Shown in pieces: positions 18,399 through 28,564 of a stretch of DNA of 64,000 bases. The stretch covers positions 32,001-96,000 of the forward strand of contig JAHQWK010000001.1 in assembly GCA_029856145.1 (NCBI GenBank), read 5' to 3'. This DNA comes from Promethearchaeia archaeon. Lineage in GTDB: Archaea; Asgardarchaeota; Lokiarchaeia; Sigyniarchaeales; SOKP01. How positions within the stretch are numbered: position 1 is the stretch's first letter; each line of letters begins with the position of its first letter. The position numbers were made by a program, and so were the translations under genes. Under the pieces are notes generated by a model. That model was not told the DNA's origin, searched no databases, and saw nothing but the letters and a program-made list of their open reading frames with translations.

Positions 18399-18576
18399 TC
18401 AAATCAATACTCTTCTTCAATTTTTTTTTATTAATTTTATTCAATTTCAAGTAATTTAGTTGTAACTTAAAATACTGTAATATTCTGCAAAAATTTTTTA
18501 AATATTTCAATTTTTAAATATAAGAGTAAAAAGTAAAAATAAAATCTAAAAACAACAGACCTAATGAATATTTAAT

Positions 18577-18957
18577 ATGAATGAAATAAAAAAGATTATT
18601 GACGAATTGGGAATTGCTGCACTAGAAGCTAACACAAAAATTGCTGGACTCGCAGTTGTGTCTGATTCGGGAAAGTTAGTTTTCCAGACAGACAATTGGG
18701 ATCTAACCAATCACACGAACATGATACTGGATGTCATTAAAGGAGACCGCACTTTTGTTTTGAATGATGGAGAATTTTCGGTTGTTGAAACTAAAACTGA
18801 AGGAATTATTGGAACCAGTCATAGCGGGATGGGACATATAATATTCGCTCTATTTCAAGGAGGTGTGCTTGTATCATATGCCATGCCTCAAGCAGATCCA
18901 CCCAAAGTATTAACTTTTCTCAAAAATTTTGCGATGAGATTGAATGGGAAGGTATAA
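18577..18957 (+). CDS. Asgard-type profilin
   Basis: GLAVVSDSGKLVFQTDNWD...FSVVETKTEGIIGTSHSGMGHII...GVLVSYA matches the pattern of Lokiarchaeal profilins as recalled (QTENW, IGTNxxGxGH). Confidence 0.82.
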   Translation: MNEIKKIIDELGIAALEANTKIAGLAVVSDSGKLVFQTDNWDLTNHTNMILDVIKGDRTFVLNDGEFSVVETKTEGIIGTSHSGMGHIIFALFQGGVLVSYAMPQADPPKVLTFLKNFAMRLNGKV

Positions 18958-19343
18958 TTGAAAATTATGCTTGTTCAATCACCTTCATACTTTCTTCTTT
19001 TGTAACTGTTGATTTTTTCAACACTCTTTTAGCAAGATAAATTTAACAAGTTATCATCTCTTTTAAGGGGTGGCCCTATAAAGAATATTAAGTATTAATG
19101 CAACATAGTTTCGCTCTCTTGGATTGTGAGGACTAAATCATTTGCAAGATGGTGAACAATTTGTAGGTAAAGATATGTTTGAAATAATTGAATGACTAAC
19201 AATTCAATATACTTTTTTAATTTTTTATTTATTGCTTAATTTTCTGCAAAATTTTATAATATATAGAATATAAGTTTTTAACTTGATTCAAATTAATATT
19301 ACAAAATAACCATTAAATCCTATTAAATTAAGGTGAAATTAAA

Positions 19344-20549
19344 ATTACACATTTAGAATTAATGAAAGATGTCTATTATGTTGGTTATATAGATTGGGAA
19401 GTAAGGAATTTTCATGGATATTCTACTAATCGAGGTAGTAGTTATAATGCATATATAGTTAAAGGAGAGAAAAATGTACTGATTGACACTATTAAACGTC
19501 CTTATTTTGATTACTTTTTGGAAAACATTAAAGAAGTGTGCGATCCTTCTGAAATTGATTATTTCATTACAAACCATGTTGAGTTGGATCACTCTGGGTC
19601 ATTTCCATTAATTCTTAAGTATCTTCCCAATACTGAATTACTTGCTTCAAAGAGTGGGGTTGATATTTTAAAAGCCCACTTTCATGGGGAAGTTGATGAA
19701 GATTCATTTAATAAAATTAGAGCTGTCGAGGAAGGGGATACTTTAGACATTGGAAATGGTAAAAAGTTTACATTTGTTCCCATTCCGATGATTCACTGGC
19801 CTGATTCCATGGTGTCTTTTATGACTGATGAAAATGGGAAAAATATACTTTTTTCTAATGATGCTTTTGGACAACATTATGCAACATCCAAACGTTGGGA
19901 TGATGAAAATGATCTTGCTGAAATTTTTCAGGAAGCAGAAAAATATTATGCGAACATTTTACTTCATCTTTCTGGGCTAATAGCAAAGGCAATACCAAAG
20001 GTTGGAGCATTACCAATCGAAGTTATATGTACCTCTCATGGGATTTGTTGGAGAAAGCATATCCCTGAAATTTTAGAAAGATATACCAAATGGAGTAAAG
20101 GGGAAATTGATGAAAAAAGTGTACTCATCGTATACGACACAATGTGGGAAAGCACGGCAAAAATCGCCAAAGCCTTAACTAAGGAAATTAAACATCGAGG
20201 AATTCCGGTAAAAAGGTATAATTTAACTCATGCTGATTATTCAGACGTAATCACAGAAGCTATGAAATCAAAAGCTATCATAGTTGGGAGCCCTACCCTA
20301 AATAATGGATTATATCCTACAGTTGCAGAATATCTTTCATATCAAAAAGGACTGAAACCTATGAATAAGGTTGGATTAGCTTTTGGTTCATACGGTTGGG
20401 GCGGAGGTGCTGTAAAAGAAATTGTGGAATTAATGAAGGCGGCAAAGATTGATGTTATGGAAGAAACCATAGAGATTAAATTTGTACCAAAGCCAGAAGA
20501 TTTAGATTTCAAAGAAATTGTTGATAAATTAATTAAGAAAATGGACTAA
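19344..20549 (+). CDS. fprA: Flavodiiron protein FprA (O2/NO reductase)
   Basis: GSSYNAY, NHVELDHSG, HWPD, SNDAFG, flavodoxin domain and FGSYGWGGG. Start may be ATT 19344 (behind AGGTGA) rather than ATG 19362. Confidence 0.93.
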   Translation: MTHLELMKDVYYVGYIDWEVRNFHGYSTNRGSSYNAYIVKGEKNVLIDTIKRPYFDYFLENIKEVCDPSEIDYFITNHVELDHSGSFPLILKYLPNTELLASKSGVDILKAHFHGEVDEDSFNKIRAVEEGDTLDIGNGKKFTFVPIPMIHWPDSMVSFMTDENGKNILFSNDAFGQHYATSKRWDDENDLAEIFQEAEKYYANILLHLSGLIAKAIPKVGALPIEVICTSHGICWRKHIPEILERYTKWSKGEIDEKSVLIVYDTMWESTAKIAKALTKEIKHRGIPVKRYNLTHADYSDVITEAMKSKAIIVGSPTLNNGLYPTVAEYLSYQKGLKPMNKVGLAFGSYGWGGGAVKEIVELMKAAKIDVMEETIEIKFVPKPEDLDFKEIVDKLIKKMD

Positions 20550-20563
20550 AAAAGGTTAAGAAA

Positions 20564-21742
20564 ATGGATTTTTCACTTTCAGAAGAACAAAAAGTTTTAC
20601 AAAAAAAGGCAAGAGAGTTTGCAATTCGTGAAATACTACCAGTTGCACGAAAATATGATGAATCTGAAGAATTTCCTCTACCAGTTATTAAAAAAGCTTG
20701 GGAAGAAGGATTATTGAATTTAGGAATCCCTAAAGAGTATGGTGGCCCTGGTTATAGCTTATTAAGCTCTTGTGTTGTTGTTGAGGAAATCTCATCTGCA
20801 TGTCCTGGCATTGCTACTTCTATTTTTGATAATAATCTCGGTGCTGAACCTATAGTTATCGGAGGAAATGAAGAACAAAAGCAGAGAATTTTAACTGAAC
20901 TAGTTAATGAGTTTAAATTGATCGCATTTGCCACATCTGAGCCAACGATGGGTTCTGACGTCGCAGGAATGAAATGTCTAGCAGAAAAAGATGGAGATGA
21001 ATATATTTTAAATGGAAATAAGTTTTGGATCACAAATGGAGGATATGCTGATTATATCACTGTATTTGCAACGATTGATCCTGAGAAAAAACACAAAGGG
21101 ATAGCAGCATTTATAGTAGATGCTAAAAGCGAAGGAGTAAAATTAGGTAAACATATACCAAAATTAGGTCAAAGATCATCAAATACTGTATCAGTTGGTT
21201 TAAAAGATGTACGAATTTCTAAAGAAAATGTTCTTGCTAAACCGGGAAGAGGATTTGTATTAGGTATGCAAACCTTTGCTCATACTCGCCCAGCGATAGG
21301 TGCTTTTGCATGTGGTTGTGCGCGTTCTGCGATGGAATATTCCATTGACTACGCACATAAAAGAGAGGCTTTTGGAAGACCAATTGGAAATTATCAAGTA
21401 ATTCAAGAAAAAATAGCCAATATGTATAAAGATATTGAAGCAGCACGGCTATTAACATATAAAGCAGCGTGGGACGCTGATCAAGGTATAGATAATAATT
21501 TGAGTTCTTCAATTGCCAAAGCTTTCGCTTCGGATGTTGCGATGAATGTAACAACAGAAGCAGTGCAAATATTTGGGGGATATGGATATCTAAGAACATA
21601 TCCAGTTGAAAAACTATTTAGAGATGCGAAATTGTACCAAATATATGAAGGAACAAGTGAGATTCAAAGAATCGTTATCTCTCGATTTGTTATGAAAGGA
21701 TATGAACATGCAATGCCTTTTCTTGGAAAAAAAAGAGCTTAA
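20564..21742 (+). CDS. Acyl-CoA dehydrogenase
   Basis: SEPTMGSD, LNGNKFWITNG, QIFGGYGY and IYEGTSEIQR motifs. Confidence 0.95.
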   Translation: MDFSLSEEQKVLQKKAREFAIREILPVARKYDESEEFPLPVIKKAWEEGLLNLGIPKEYGGPGYSLLSSCVVVEEISSACPGIATSIFDNNLGAEPIVIGGNEEQKQRILTELVNEFKLIAFATSEPTMGSDVAGMKCLAEKDGDEYILNGNKFWITNGGYADYITVFATIDPEKKHKGIAAFIVDAKSEGVKLGKHIPKLGQRSSNTVSVGLKDVRISKENVLAKPGRGFVLGMQTFAHTRPAIGAFACGCARSAMEYSIDYAHKREAFGRPIGNYQVIQEKIANMYKDIEAARLLTYKAAWDADQGIDNNLSSSIAKAFASDVAMNVTTEAVQIFGGYGYLRTYPVEKLFRDAKLYQIYEGTSEIQRIVISRFVMKGYEHAMPFLGKKRA

Positions 21743-21778
21743 AATTATTTTTTTATATTAATTTTAATTTTTTCTCTC

Positions 21779-22333
21779 CTAAATTACCATTTTTTTTAAT
21801 ATTATTTTTGCTGTTACTAAGAAATTATCACATATTAGAGTTGGTTTTATTCCAAGAGAATGCAATTCTTCTAGGTGTTTATCACCATGTCCAGTAGTAA
21901 GAAAAATTGTTCTGCAACCTGCATTTATCCCAAATTGTATATCTGAAGGGTGATCACCAATCATCCATGATCGGCTAATATCGATGTTAAACTCATTAAT
22001 GATTTCAGAAATAAATTTTGTTTTAGGTTTCCTACATTCACAATTATCCTCCTTTAAATGAGGACAGAAATATGTCTTTAAAATTTCTATTTTTTGTTTT
22101 TTCAAGATGTGTATTAAATGATTATTGAAATTTTGAAAATCTTGTTTTGTATAATAACCTCTCCCTATTCCAGATTGATTTGTTACAATAAGAAAGAGAA
22201 AATCATTCTGGAGTAATTTTAATCCTTCAATCACCCCATCTAATAATTCAAAATCTTCTATTTTATAAGCATAATTTTTGTCTTCGATTAATGTACCATC
22301 TCTATCCAAAATAATTGCTTTTTTTTTAGTCAC
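21779..22333 (-). CDS. HAD IIIA phosphatase (GmhB/histidinol-phosphatase-like)
   Basis: LDRDGT, VTNQSGIGRG, CPH...CECRKP and MIGD motifs. Confidence 0.9.
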   Translation of the reverse strand: MTKKKAIILDRDGTLIEDKNYAYKIEDFELLDGVIEGLKLLQNDFLFLIVTNQSGIGRGYYTKQDFQNFNNHLIHILKKQKIEILKTYFCPHLKEDNCECRKPKTKFISEIINEFNIDISRSWMIGDHPSDIQFGINAGCRTIFLTTGHGDKHLEELHSLGIKPTLICDNFLVTAKIILKKMVI

Positions 22334-22377
22334 TATTTAATAGATTCCCTCTATTTTTTATTCAAGATTATTAAGTC

Positions 22378-23733
22378 TTAAAAAAATATAAATATAATAA
22401 ATGCGAGATAGGCTATTCCTAATATGATATGTAGAAGCGCAAATAAACCACCAATCTTTAATAATTTCTTGTAATTCATATCATCAACACAATATTTTGT
22501 AGAAAGTTCTAATGTCATCATATCAGCAGCGCTACCTTGTGGTAAGAAATTACCCCCTAAATTTATCCCTAAAATAAAAGCTATTAACAGAGGAACTGAG
22601 GAAAATCCAGTACTTATTAAAACTTGAATAATAGGTATGAAAAGGACTGTGACAGGAAGATTATCAAGAAACCCTGAGAGAATAGATGTTATAATTAGTA
22701 TTAAAACACACAAGAAAAATAAATTAGCGGGTGCTATACTCACTACAAAATTTTTTATGATATCAATGAGCCCCACTTTTTCAAAACAGAATACCAGAAC
22801 AAATAAACTTATAAAAAAGAATGGTAATTTAAAATCAACTTTTCTAAAGTAATAAGAAATATCAGGTTTTTTTCTACCAGACTCACTTCTCCTCGGGTTA
22901 ATAAATACAAATAAAAGCATTCCAAGAAGTCCTACAAACAAAATATCCGGAATAATAATTAACAAGATGAAAAAGATAAATAAAGTGCCTAAATTTCTGT
23001 AAAAAACCTTACGATTAATTGGTTCTTCTATTATTATTAATTCATGTTCCTCTATATGTTCACTTTCTAAAGGCTCATCATATTCGTCGCAGTGAGGAAT
23101 CCAAATTTCCGTTAAGTGTTTTCTGAGAACAAAATAATCTAAAAGAGATAAAGTCAGTAATGTTCCGATAATAAAATAAATCGAAAGGTATGTAAAAAAC
23201 CAAGTTGTTGAAAGCGTAAATCTATTCGCTATTAAAATATTCTGCGCAGACCCAAAAGGAGTCAGAGTTGAGGCAAGATTAATACAGATTGTCATTCCTA
23301 ACAATATTGGAGTAGGATTTATTCTCATTTTTTCACTCGTACTTATAATCATTGGAATGAAGATAACTGCAACTGAAATATCTTCAATGAAAGCAGCGCT
23401 TAAAGTTGAAATTAAACAAATGACCCAAAAAAACTTTCGGGTATTAGTATGGAATTTTTTCGTTATTTTTAAAGCAATTTCTTGAAAAATAAGCTGTTCC
23501 TCTAATATTACAACAATTGTAAATAGACAAATAAGGAAAAAAATGACTGGCCAATCTATTGCCAAAATGAATTCTTCAATAGTAAAAGGCGTTGGTGAGA
23601 AAAGGAAGGTAGCAGTAGCTGCAGCAAGCATAGCTAACACACTATAAGTTAAAAAATCTGTTTTCTCACGAAAAAGCGCTATAATAACAATAATAAAACA
23701 GAAGATTACAAATATTTGTAAAAAGAAAATCAT
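22378..23733 (-). CDS. ArsB/NhaD/SLC13 (IT superfamily) permease
   Basis: Polytopic; LSAAFIED, LTPFGSAQN, LSGFLDNLP and NLGGNFLPQGS motifs. Confidence 0.85.
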   Translation of the reverse strand: MIFFLQIFVIFCFIIVIIALFREKTDFLTYSVLAMLAAATATFLFSPTPFTIEEFILAIDWPVIFFLICLFTIVVILEEQLIFQEIALKITKKFHTNTRKFFWVICLISTLSAAFIEDISVAVIFIPMIISTSEKMRINPTPILLGMTICINLASTLTPFGSAQNILIANRFTLSTTWFFTYLSIYFIIGTLLTLSLLDYFVLRKHLTEIWIPHCDEYDEPLESEHIEEHELIIIEEPINRKVFYRNLGTLFIFFILLIIIPDILFVGLLGMLLFVFINPRRSESGRKKPDISYYFRKVDFKLPFFFISLFVLVFCFEKVGLIDIIKNFVVSIAPANLFFLCVLILIITSILSGFLDNLPVTVLFIPIIQVLISTGFSSVPLLIAFILGINLGGNFLPQGSAADMMTLELSTKYCVDDMNYKKLLKIGGLFALLHIILGIAYLAFIIFIFF

Positions 23734-23859
23734 TATTTATCTTAGGGAATGGGATATATAGATAATTCCAATATTAACAATTGTGTTTTAAAAGCTTAAA
23801 ATTTCATTATTTTAAAATATTTAAAAAATAAAAAAAAAGAATAATAGGTAATTTCAAAT

Positions 23860-24246
23860 TTAACTTTTCCATAAAAAGTGTAAATTACAATATTCTCGTG
23901 CCCAAAGGCCTTCTGGATTAGCAACAGAAAAAGTTGCTTTAGGTTCAGCTCCAGGTTTTAAGAATCTTCTTTCGTAACATCCGTCTTTACAAATTATTTC
24001 AATCCACATAATATAATGCTCATCGGTCATAGGATGAGGAGTTCCCATTGAGATCCCTATATCAACAGTGACTTTATTACCTTCAACAGTTATTTTAGGA
24101 ACATGCTTTTCTGATTTCCATTCAGCAATTTGTTCTTCCATAAGTTTCATTGGTTGACCACAACAAATAGTTTCTGGGACACCTGGATTCAATATTTCAA
24201 TTACTTTTCCACAAATACTACATCTATATATTTCTTTTTGTTTCAT
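23860..24246 (-). CDS. dfx: Desulfoferrodoxin (2Fe superoxide reductase)
   Basis: CSICG...CCGQPM, EKHVP, HPMTDEHYI and YCNLH motifs. Confidence 0.95.
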   Translation of the reverse strand: MKQKEIYRCSICGKVIEILNPGVPETICCGQPMKLMEEQIAEWKSEKHVPKITVEGNKVTVDIGISMGTPHPMTDEHYIMWIEIICKDGCYERRFLKPGAEPKATFSVANPEGLWAREYCNLHFLWKS

Positions 24247-24334
24247 AATTATTTCACGTGTTCTTTTTTTATCTTAAAATCAGATAGTTTAATTTTTAAA
24301 AATTTTGATTTTAAATTAAAAATTCATAGTTTTT

Positions 24335-24925
24335 CTAGAAATTTTCACATTTCTTTCTATAGTATGCTCTAGGATGATCACAAGATGGGCATTTGAAATC
24401 CTTAGGTAATTCATCCATTTCTACTTCATAACCGCATTCCATACACACCCATACAACTTTCTTTCCTCGTTTAAAGAAAGCATCATCACCAATTAATTTT
24501 AAAAGCTTCCCATATCTCTCAGAGTGATGTTTTTCAGCAACCATAATTGCACGTACTCTTTTGACAATATCGGGATACCCTTCTTTATCAGCAGTCTTAG
24601 CAATATCAGGATACAGTGTTTGCCATTCCATGTTTTCTCCCTTTATTGCAGATTTTAGATTTTCAATTGTGGTTCCATGGGTTGTTGGAAATTCAGCATC
24701 GGGGAGAACTTTCATATCATCAAATGGTTCTTCTTTCTTGAACTGTTGTAGCATTTTATAAAACCAGCTGCCATGTTCTTTCTCTTGATCCGATGTCTCG
24801 TCAAAAATTTTAGATATAAATGCATATCCTTCTTTTTTAGCAATTTTAGAAAAATAATTGTATCTATTTCTAGCTTGTGATTCACCGACATATGCGGTAT
24901 ATAATTTTTTAGGTGTTTCTTTCAT
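24335..24925 (-). CDS. rbr: Rubrerythrin
   Basis: GESQARNRY, EKEH, EKHH and C-terminal CMECG...CPSCDHP. Confidence 0.95.
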   Translation of the reverse strand: MKETPKKLYTAYVGESQARNRYNYFSKIAKKEGYAFISKIFDETSDQEKEHGSWFYKMLQQFKKEEPFDDMKVLPDAEFPTTHGTTIENLKSAIKGENMEWQTLYPDIAKTADKEGYPDIVKRVRAIMVAEKHHSERYGKLLKLIGDDAFFKRGKKVVWVCMECGYEVEMDELPKDFKCPSCDHPRAYYRKKCENF

Positions 24926-25095
24926 AGTTTTTAACCTCCATTTTTAAAATTGGAAATTCGATATATATGAATATATTTGGATTTAAATTATTTCGCCTAT
25001 TTTTTAACTTTTTTACTTATAATTTAAAGAAAAAGCATATTTGATATGAATACAATAAAAGTTATAATAAACTAGTCTAATTTTGCCTTCATAAT

Positions 25096-26046
25096 ATGAT
25101 CGGTTATGAGGAATCAAATCCGAGTGATGTGGATATAAATCAAGTGATTAAAGAATTTTCAAAATTTTTTCCGAACATATCAAAAAATCAAATTAAATTC
25201 CTGTATCATGGAACCCATAATGTTTTCGAAGTTAAAATGAAATACATATTTAGAATTCCAGATCGATTATTCAGAAATGAAAAAGGCGTTGATTTAATTC
25301 AAAAGGAATCTAGCATATTGAATTTTCTAAAAAATCATATTTCAATACCCATTACACAGCCTTTATTCATTTCTCTAACTGAGGATTTTCCATTCATCGG
25401 ATATGAAAAGATTCCCGGTGTATCCCTTTCGAGTATATTTTCTAAGACTAGCATATCTTATAGATGGAAAATAGCTGAACAAGTGGCATCTTTTCTAAAT
25501 GTTTTACATTCAAAATCGATCTGTAAAAGGTTTACTGAATTATTTCAAATTCGGGAACCATTGAGAGGAGATTCGTACAAGCACTACTGGTTAAAAAGAC
25601 TAGAGAGATTGAGGAAAAAAATTTTCTCAGAAATAAAACCCTTTGAACAAGAATGGTTAGAAAGAGTTTTTGATGATTTCCTTTCGAATGAAAAAAATTT
25701 TCATTTCTTACCAAATCTCATCCACGGAGATTTCGATACTTCAAACATTCTAGTGAATTCTGATACCACTATACCAGAAATCACAGGCATCATTGATTTT
25801 GAGGAATGTTCTATATATGATCCTGCATATGACCTCCAATTCTTCGATGAAGGTCCTGAATTTCTAAACTCACTCCTTTTAAAATATGAGTATTCTGATG
25901 ATCCTTCTTTACTGTCTCGGATGAAATTTCTCTATTGTAGAACCTGTATTGAATACTTAGAATTCGGTATTGATCACAATCGTATGGGCATGATCGAAGC
26001 TGGAAAACGGATTTTAAAGAAAAATATGAGAATATTTCCTGTTTAA
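25096..26046 (+). CDS. APH/choline-kinase-like phosphotransferase
   Basis: IFRIP, HGDFDTSN and IIDFE...DPAYD motifs. Confidence 0.85.
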   Translation: MIGYEESNPSDVDINQVIKEFSKFFPNISKNQIKFLYHGTHNVFEVKMKYIFRIPDRLFRNEKGVDLIQKESSILNFLKNHISIPITQPLFISLTEDFPFIGYEKIPGVSLSSIFSKTSISYRWKIAEQVASFLNVLHSKSICKRFTELFQIREPLRGDSYKHYWLKRLERLRKKIFSEIKPFEQEWLERVFDDFLSNEKNFHFLPNLIHGDFDTSNILVNSDTTIPEITGIIDFEECSIYDPAYDLQFFDEGPEFLNSLLLKYEYSDDPSLLSRMKFLYCRTCIEYLEFGIDHNRMGMIEAGKRILKKNMRIFPV

Positions 26047-26068
26047 TTTGCCAATGAAAAAAGATGGA

Positions 26069-28459
26069 TTAATAATAAGTTTCTGTCATTCTACTTTCTT
26101 CTAGCTCTACAGGATAACCTTTTCTGTACCACATCATCATTCCTCCAGTTAAATTTCTGATATCCTTATATCCCGCTTGTGCTAGAATTTGAGCAGCCAT
26201 CATGGACCGAGAACCAGAGTGACATATTGCGATTATTTCCTCATCTTTATAATCCTTAATAACCTCTGGATTATTTAACAACTCTCCTAAGGGAATTAAT
26301 TTTGTATTTCTAATATGACCATGTGGACCAAAGTATTCTTGAGTTGTTCTAACATCAATCATAAGTGGTGGTTCTTCTTCTGTACTAATACGTTCGAAAA
26401 GCTCATCAGGACTAATATCTGAAACGGGAGGTGCATCATGAGGTCTTAGTTCTTTTCTAGTTTTCTTTTTGACAGGAGCTATAACTTCAATAGGTTGAAC
26501 CCTTTGTAATGTAGCAGCTAACATTCCCTTTTCTTTTCCAAGATTTAATAACTTTGCTGCTTCGTTCAATTGAGAATAAGCTTCAACACTAGATTTAAAT
26601 CCAGGATCCGTTGCGTATACTTTTAATTTCTTATTTTCCGGTAACGTGTCAAAGGCTTTAATTAGAGCATTTAAAGGACCGGGACATGAAAGCCCACAAG
26701 CATCCACTTCTATATAATCTTCAGTTTCAGTAGCCTTTTCATGTACAAATTCTTCGATAACATTTTCAGAACCTCCACATGCTGCCATTATTTCTTCTGT
26801 TGTGGCATTGGCCATTTCATAAATTTTAAAACCTCCAGTTAGTTCATATACTTCTTTAAAGCCACTTTGTAATAGAATTCTAAGTGCTAAATAACTCCTA
26901 TATCCTACTTCACAGTAAACATAGATTGATTTATCATTAGGAATTTCATCTAAACGGGCTCTAAGTTCCTCTATTGGAACATTTATTGAGCCTTCAATAG
27001 CTCTAGTAGAAAATTCTTCTTTTGTCCTAACATCTAATAAAACAGCTCCATTATTATTAATACTAGTTAAATCATGCCAATACCAAATAGGCATATCTTC
27101 TCTAAGATAGTTGGATGCAACAAATCCTGCCATATTTACTGGATCCTTTGCAGAACCATAAGGAGGAGCATAGGTTAATTCTAATTCTTCTAAATCATAA
27201 ACAGTACCATTAAATTTAATTGCTGTCGAGATGACATCAATTCTTTTTTCTGTGCCTCGTCCTCCAACAGCTTGAGCTCCTAATATTTTTCCACTTGGAA
27301 CTTCAAAAATTAATTTTAGAGTTATTGGAATAGCTCCAGGATAGTACCCTGCATGATTATTGGGATGAATATATATTTTATCATAATTGAAACTTAAATC
27401 TTTTAATTGTTTTTCTGTTAATCCTACGGAAGCAACGGTTATATCAAAAACTTTAACAACTGATGCGCCCAAAACCCCCTTATATTCTGAATCCCTCCCA
27501 GCAATATTATCTGCAGCTATTCTTCCTTGCTTATTTGCAGGTCCCGCTAGAGCTATTGAGATTGGATTCTTAGTTTGAAAATGCTGGACTTGAATAATAT
27601 CACCCACAGCGAAGATATTGGGATCAGATGTTTGCATTCTTCTGTTAACCTCAATATAACCCCTTTCTGTTAAATTCAAACCTGCATCTTTAGCTAATGA
27701 AATTTCTGGTCTAATCCCAATAGATAAAATTATTAAATCGGTTTCTATTATACGACCACTTTTTGTTTTAATAAATGGTATATCTTTATCAGTTCTTCCA
27801 AAAGAGTCTACAGGATCTTCTAAAACCAAACAAACTCCATTTAATATTAATTCTTGATGAATAAATTGAGCAATTTCCTTATCAATAGGTGGCATAACTT
27901 GATCCAACATTTCAACAATTTTAACTTTCACTCCTTTTTCTGTCAAGTTTTCTGCCATTTCTAGTCCAATAAATCCACCTCCAACGATAACTGCCTTTTT
28001 TATATGAGTTTTTTCAGCATAGTTGCGTATTTTTATAGCGTCTGGAATTGTCCATACAGTAAAATATGGAACTGTATCAAGCCCTAAAAACGGAGGAATT
28101 ATTGGTTTTGACCCAGTTGCTAGAATTAAATAATCATAATCAAGAATATATTCATTTAATTGCTTTAAATCCTTTACTTTAACATTCTTTTTATCTTTAT
28201 TGATTGAAACTACTTCATTATTAACTCGAACATCAATATTAAATCTCTCAAGGAATGTTTCTGGTGTCACCAATTCTAATGACTCACGATCTTTTATTAT
28301 ATTTCCTATATAGTAAGGTAATCCGCAATTCGCAAATGATACATAAGGACCTCGATCTAACATAATTATTTCGAAATCTTCTCTTAATCGTCTTAATCTA
28401 GCTGCAGCAGAAGCTCCTCCTGCTACACCACCAACAATTACTACTCTTTTCATAGACAT
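26069..28459 (-). CDS. CoA-disulfide/persulfide reductase fused to rhodanese, TusA/SirA and a second rhodanese domain
   Basis: GGVAGG, SFANCGLPY, YAPPY; YCEVGYR; DACGLSCPGP; ICHSGSR. Confidence 0.9.
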   Translation of the reverse strand: MSMKRVVIVGGVAGGASAAARLRRLREDFEIIMLDRGPYVSFANCGLPYYIGNIIKDRESLELVTPETFLERFNIDVRVNNEVVSINKDKKNVKVKDLKQLNEYILDYDYLILATGSKPIIPPFLGLDTVPYFTVWTIPDAIKIRNYAEKTHIKKAVIVGGGFIGLEMAENLTEKGVKVKIVEMLDQVMPPIDKEIAQFIHQELILNGVCLVLEDPVDSFGRTDKDIPFIKTKSGRIIETDLIILSIGIRPEISLAKDAGLNLTERGYIEVNRRMQTSDPNIFAVGDIIQVQHFQTKNPISIALAGPANKQGRIAADNIAGRDSEYKGVLGASVVKVFDITVASVGLTEKQLKDLSFNYDKIYIHPNNHAGYYPGAIPITLKLIFEVPSGKILGAQAVGGRGTEKRIDVISTAIKFNGTVYDLEELELTYAPPYGSAKDPVNMAGFVASNYLREDMPIWYWHDLTSINNNGAVLLDVRTKEEFSTRAIEGSINVPIEELRARLDEIPNDKSIYVYCEVGYRSYLALRILLQSGFKEVYELTGGFKIYEMANATTEEIMAACGGSENVIEEFVHEKATETEDYIEVDACGLSCPGPLNALIKAFDTLPENKKLKVYATDPGFKSSVEAYSQLNEAAKLLNLGKEKGMLAATLQRVQPIEVIAPVKKKTRKELRPHDAPPVSDISPDELFERISTEEEPPLMIDVRTTQEYFGPHGHIRNTKLIPLGELLNNPEVIKDYKDEEIIAICHSGSRSMMAAQILAQAGYKDIRNLTGGMMMWYRKGYPVELEESRMTETYY

Positions 28460-28564
28460 AACCAGGTTTTTTACATGTTTACAATCTCGTTAACTATTTT
28501 TATAAAGCGATTAATTTAAATTTGGTTATTATAAGTTAGAAAGATTAGTATATAATCTAATATT

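Noticed and set aside
18319-18510. ORF-track 63-aa minus-strand ORF
   Set aside because: It is antisense to a canonical rubredoxin and has low-complexity composition.
18962-19190. Possible decayed Fe-S protein fragment on the minus strand (GHPLKEMITC*...VTKEESMKVIEQA*)
   Set aside because: Too short and interrupted to support without a search.
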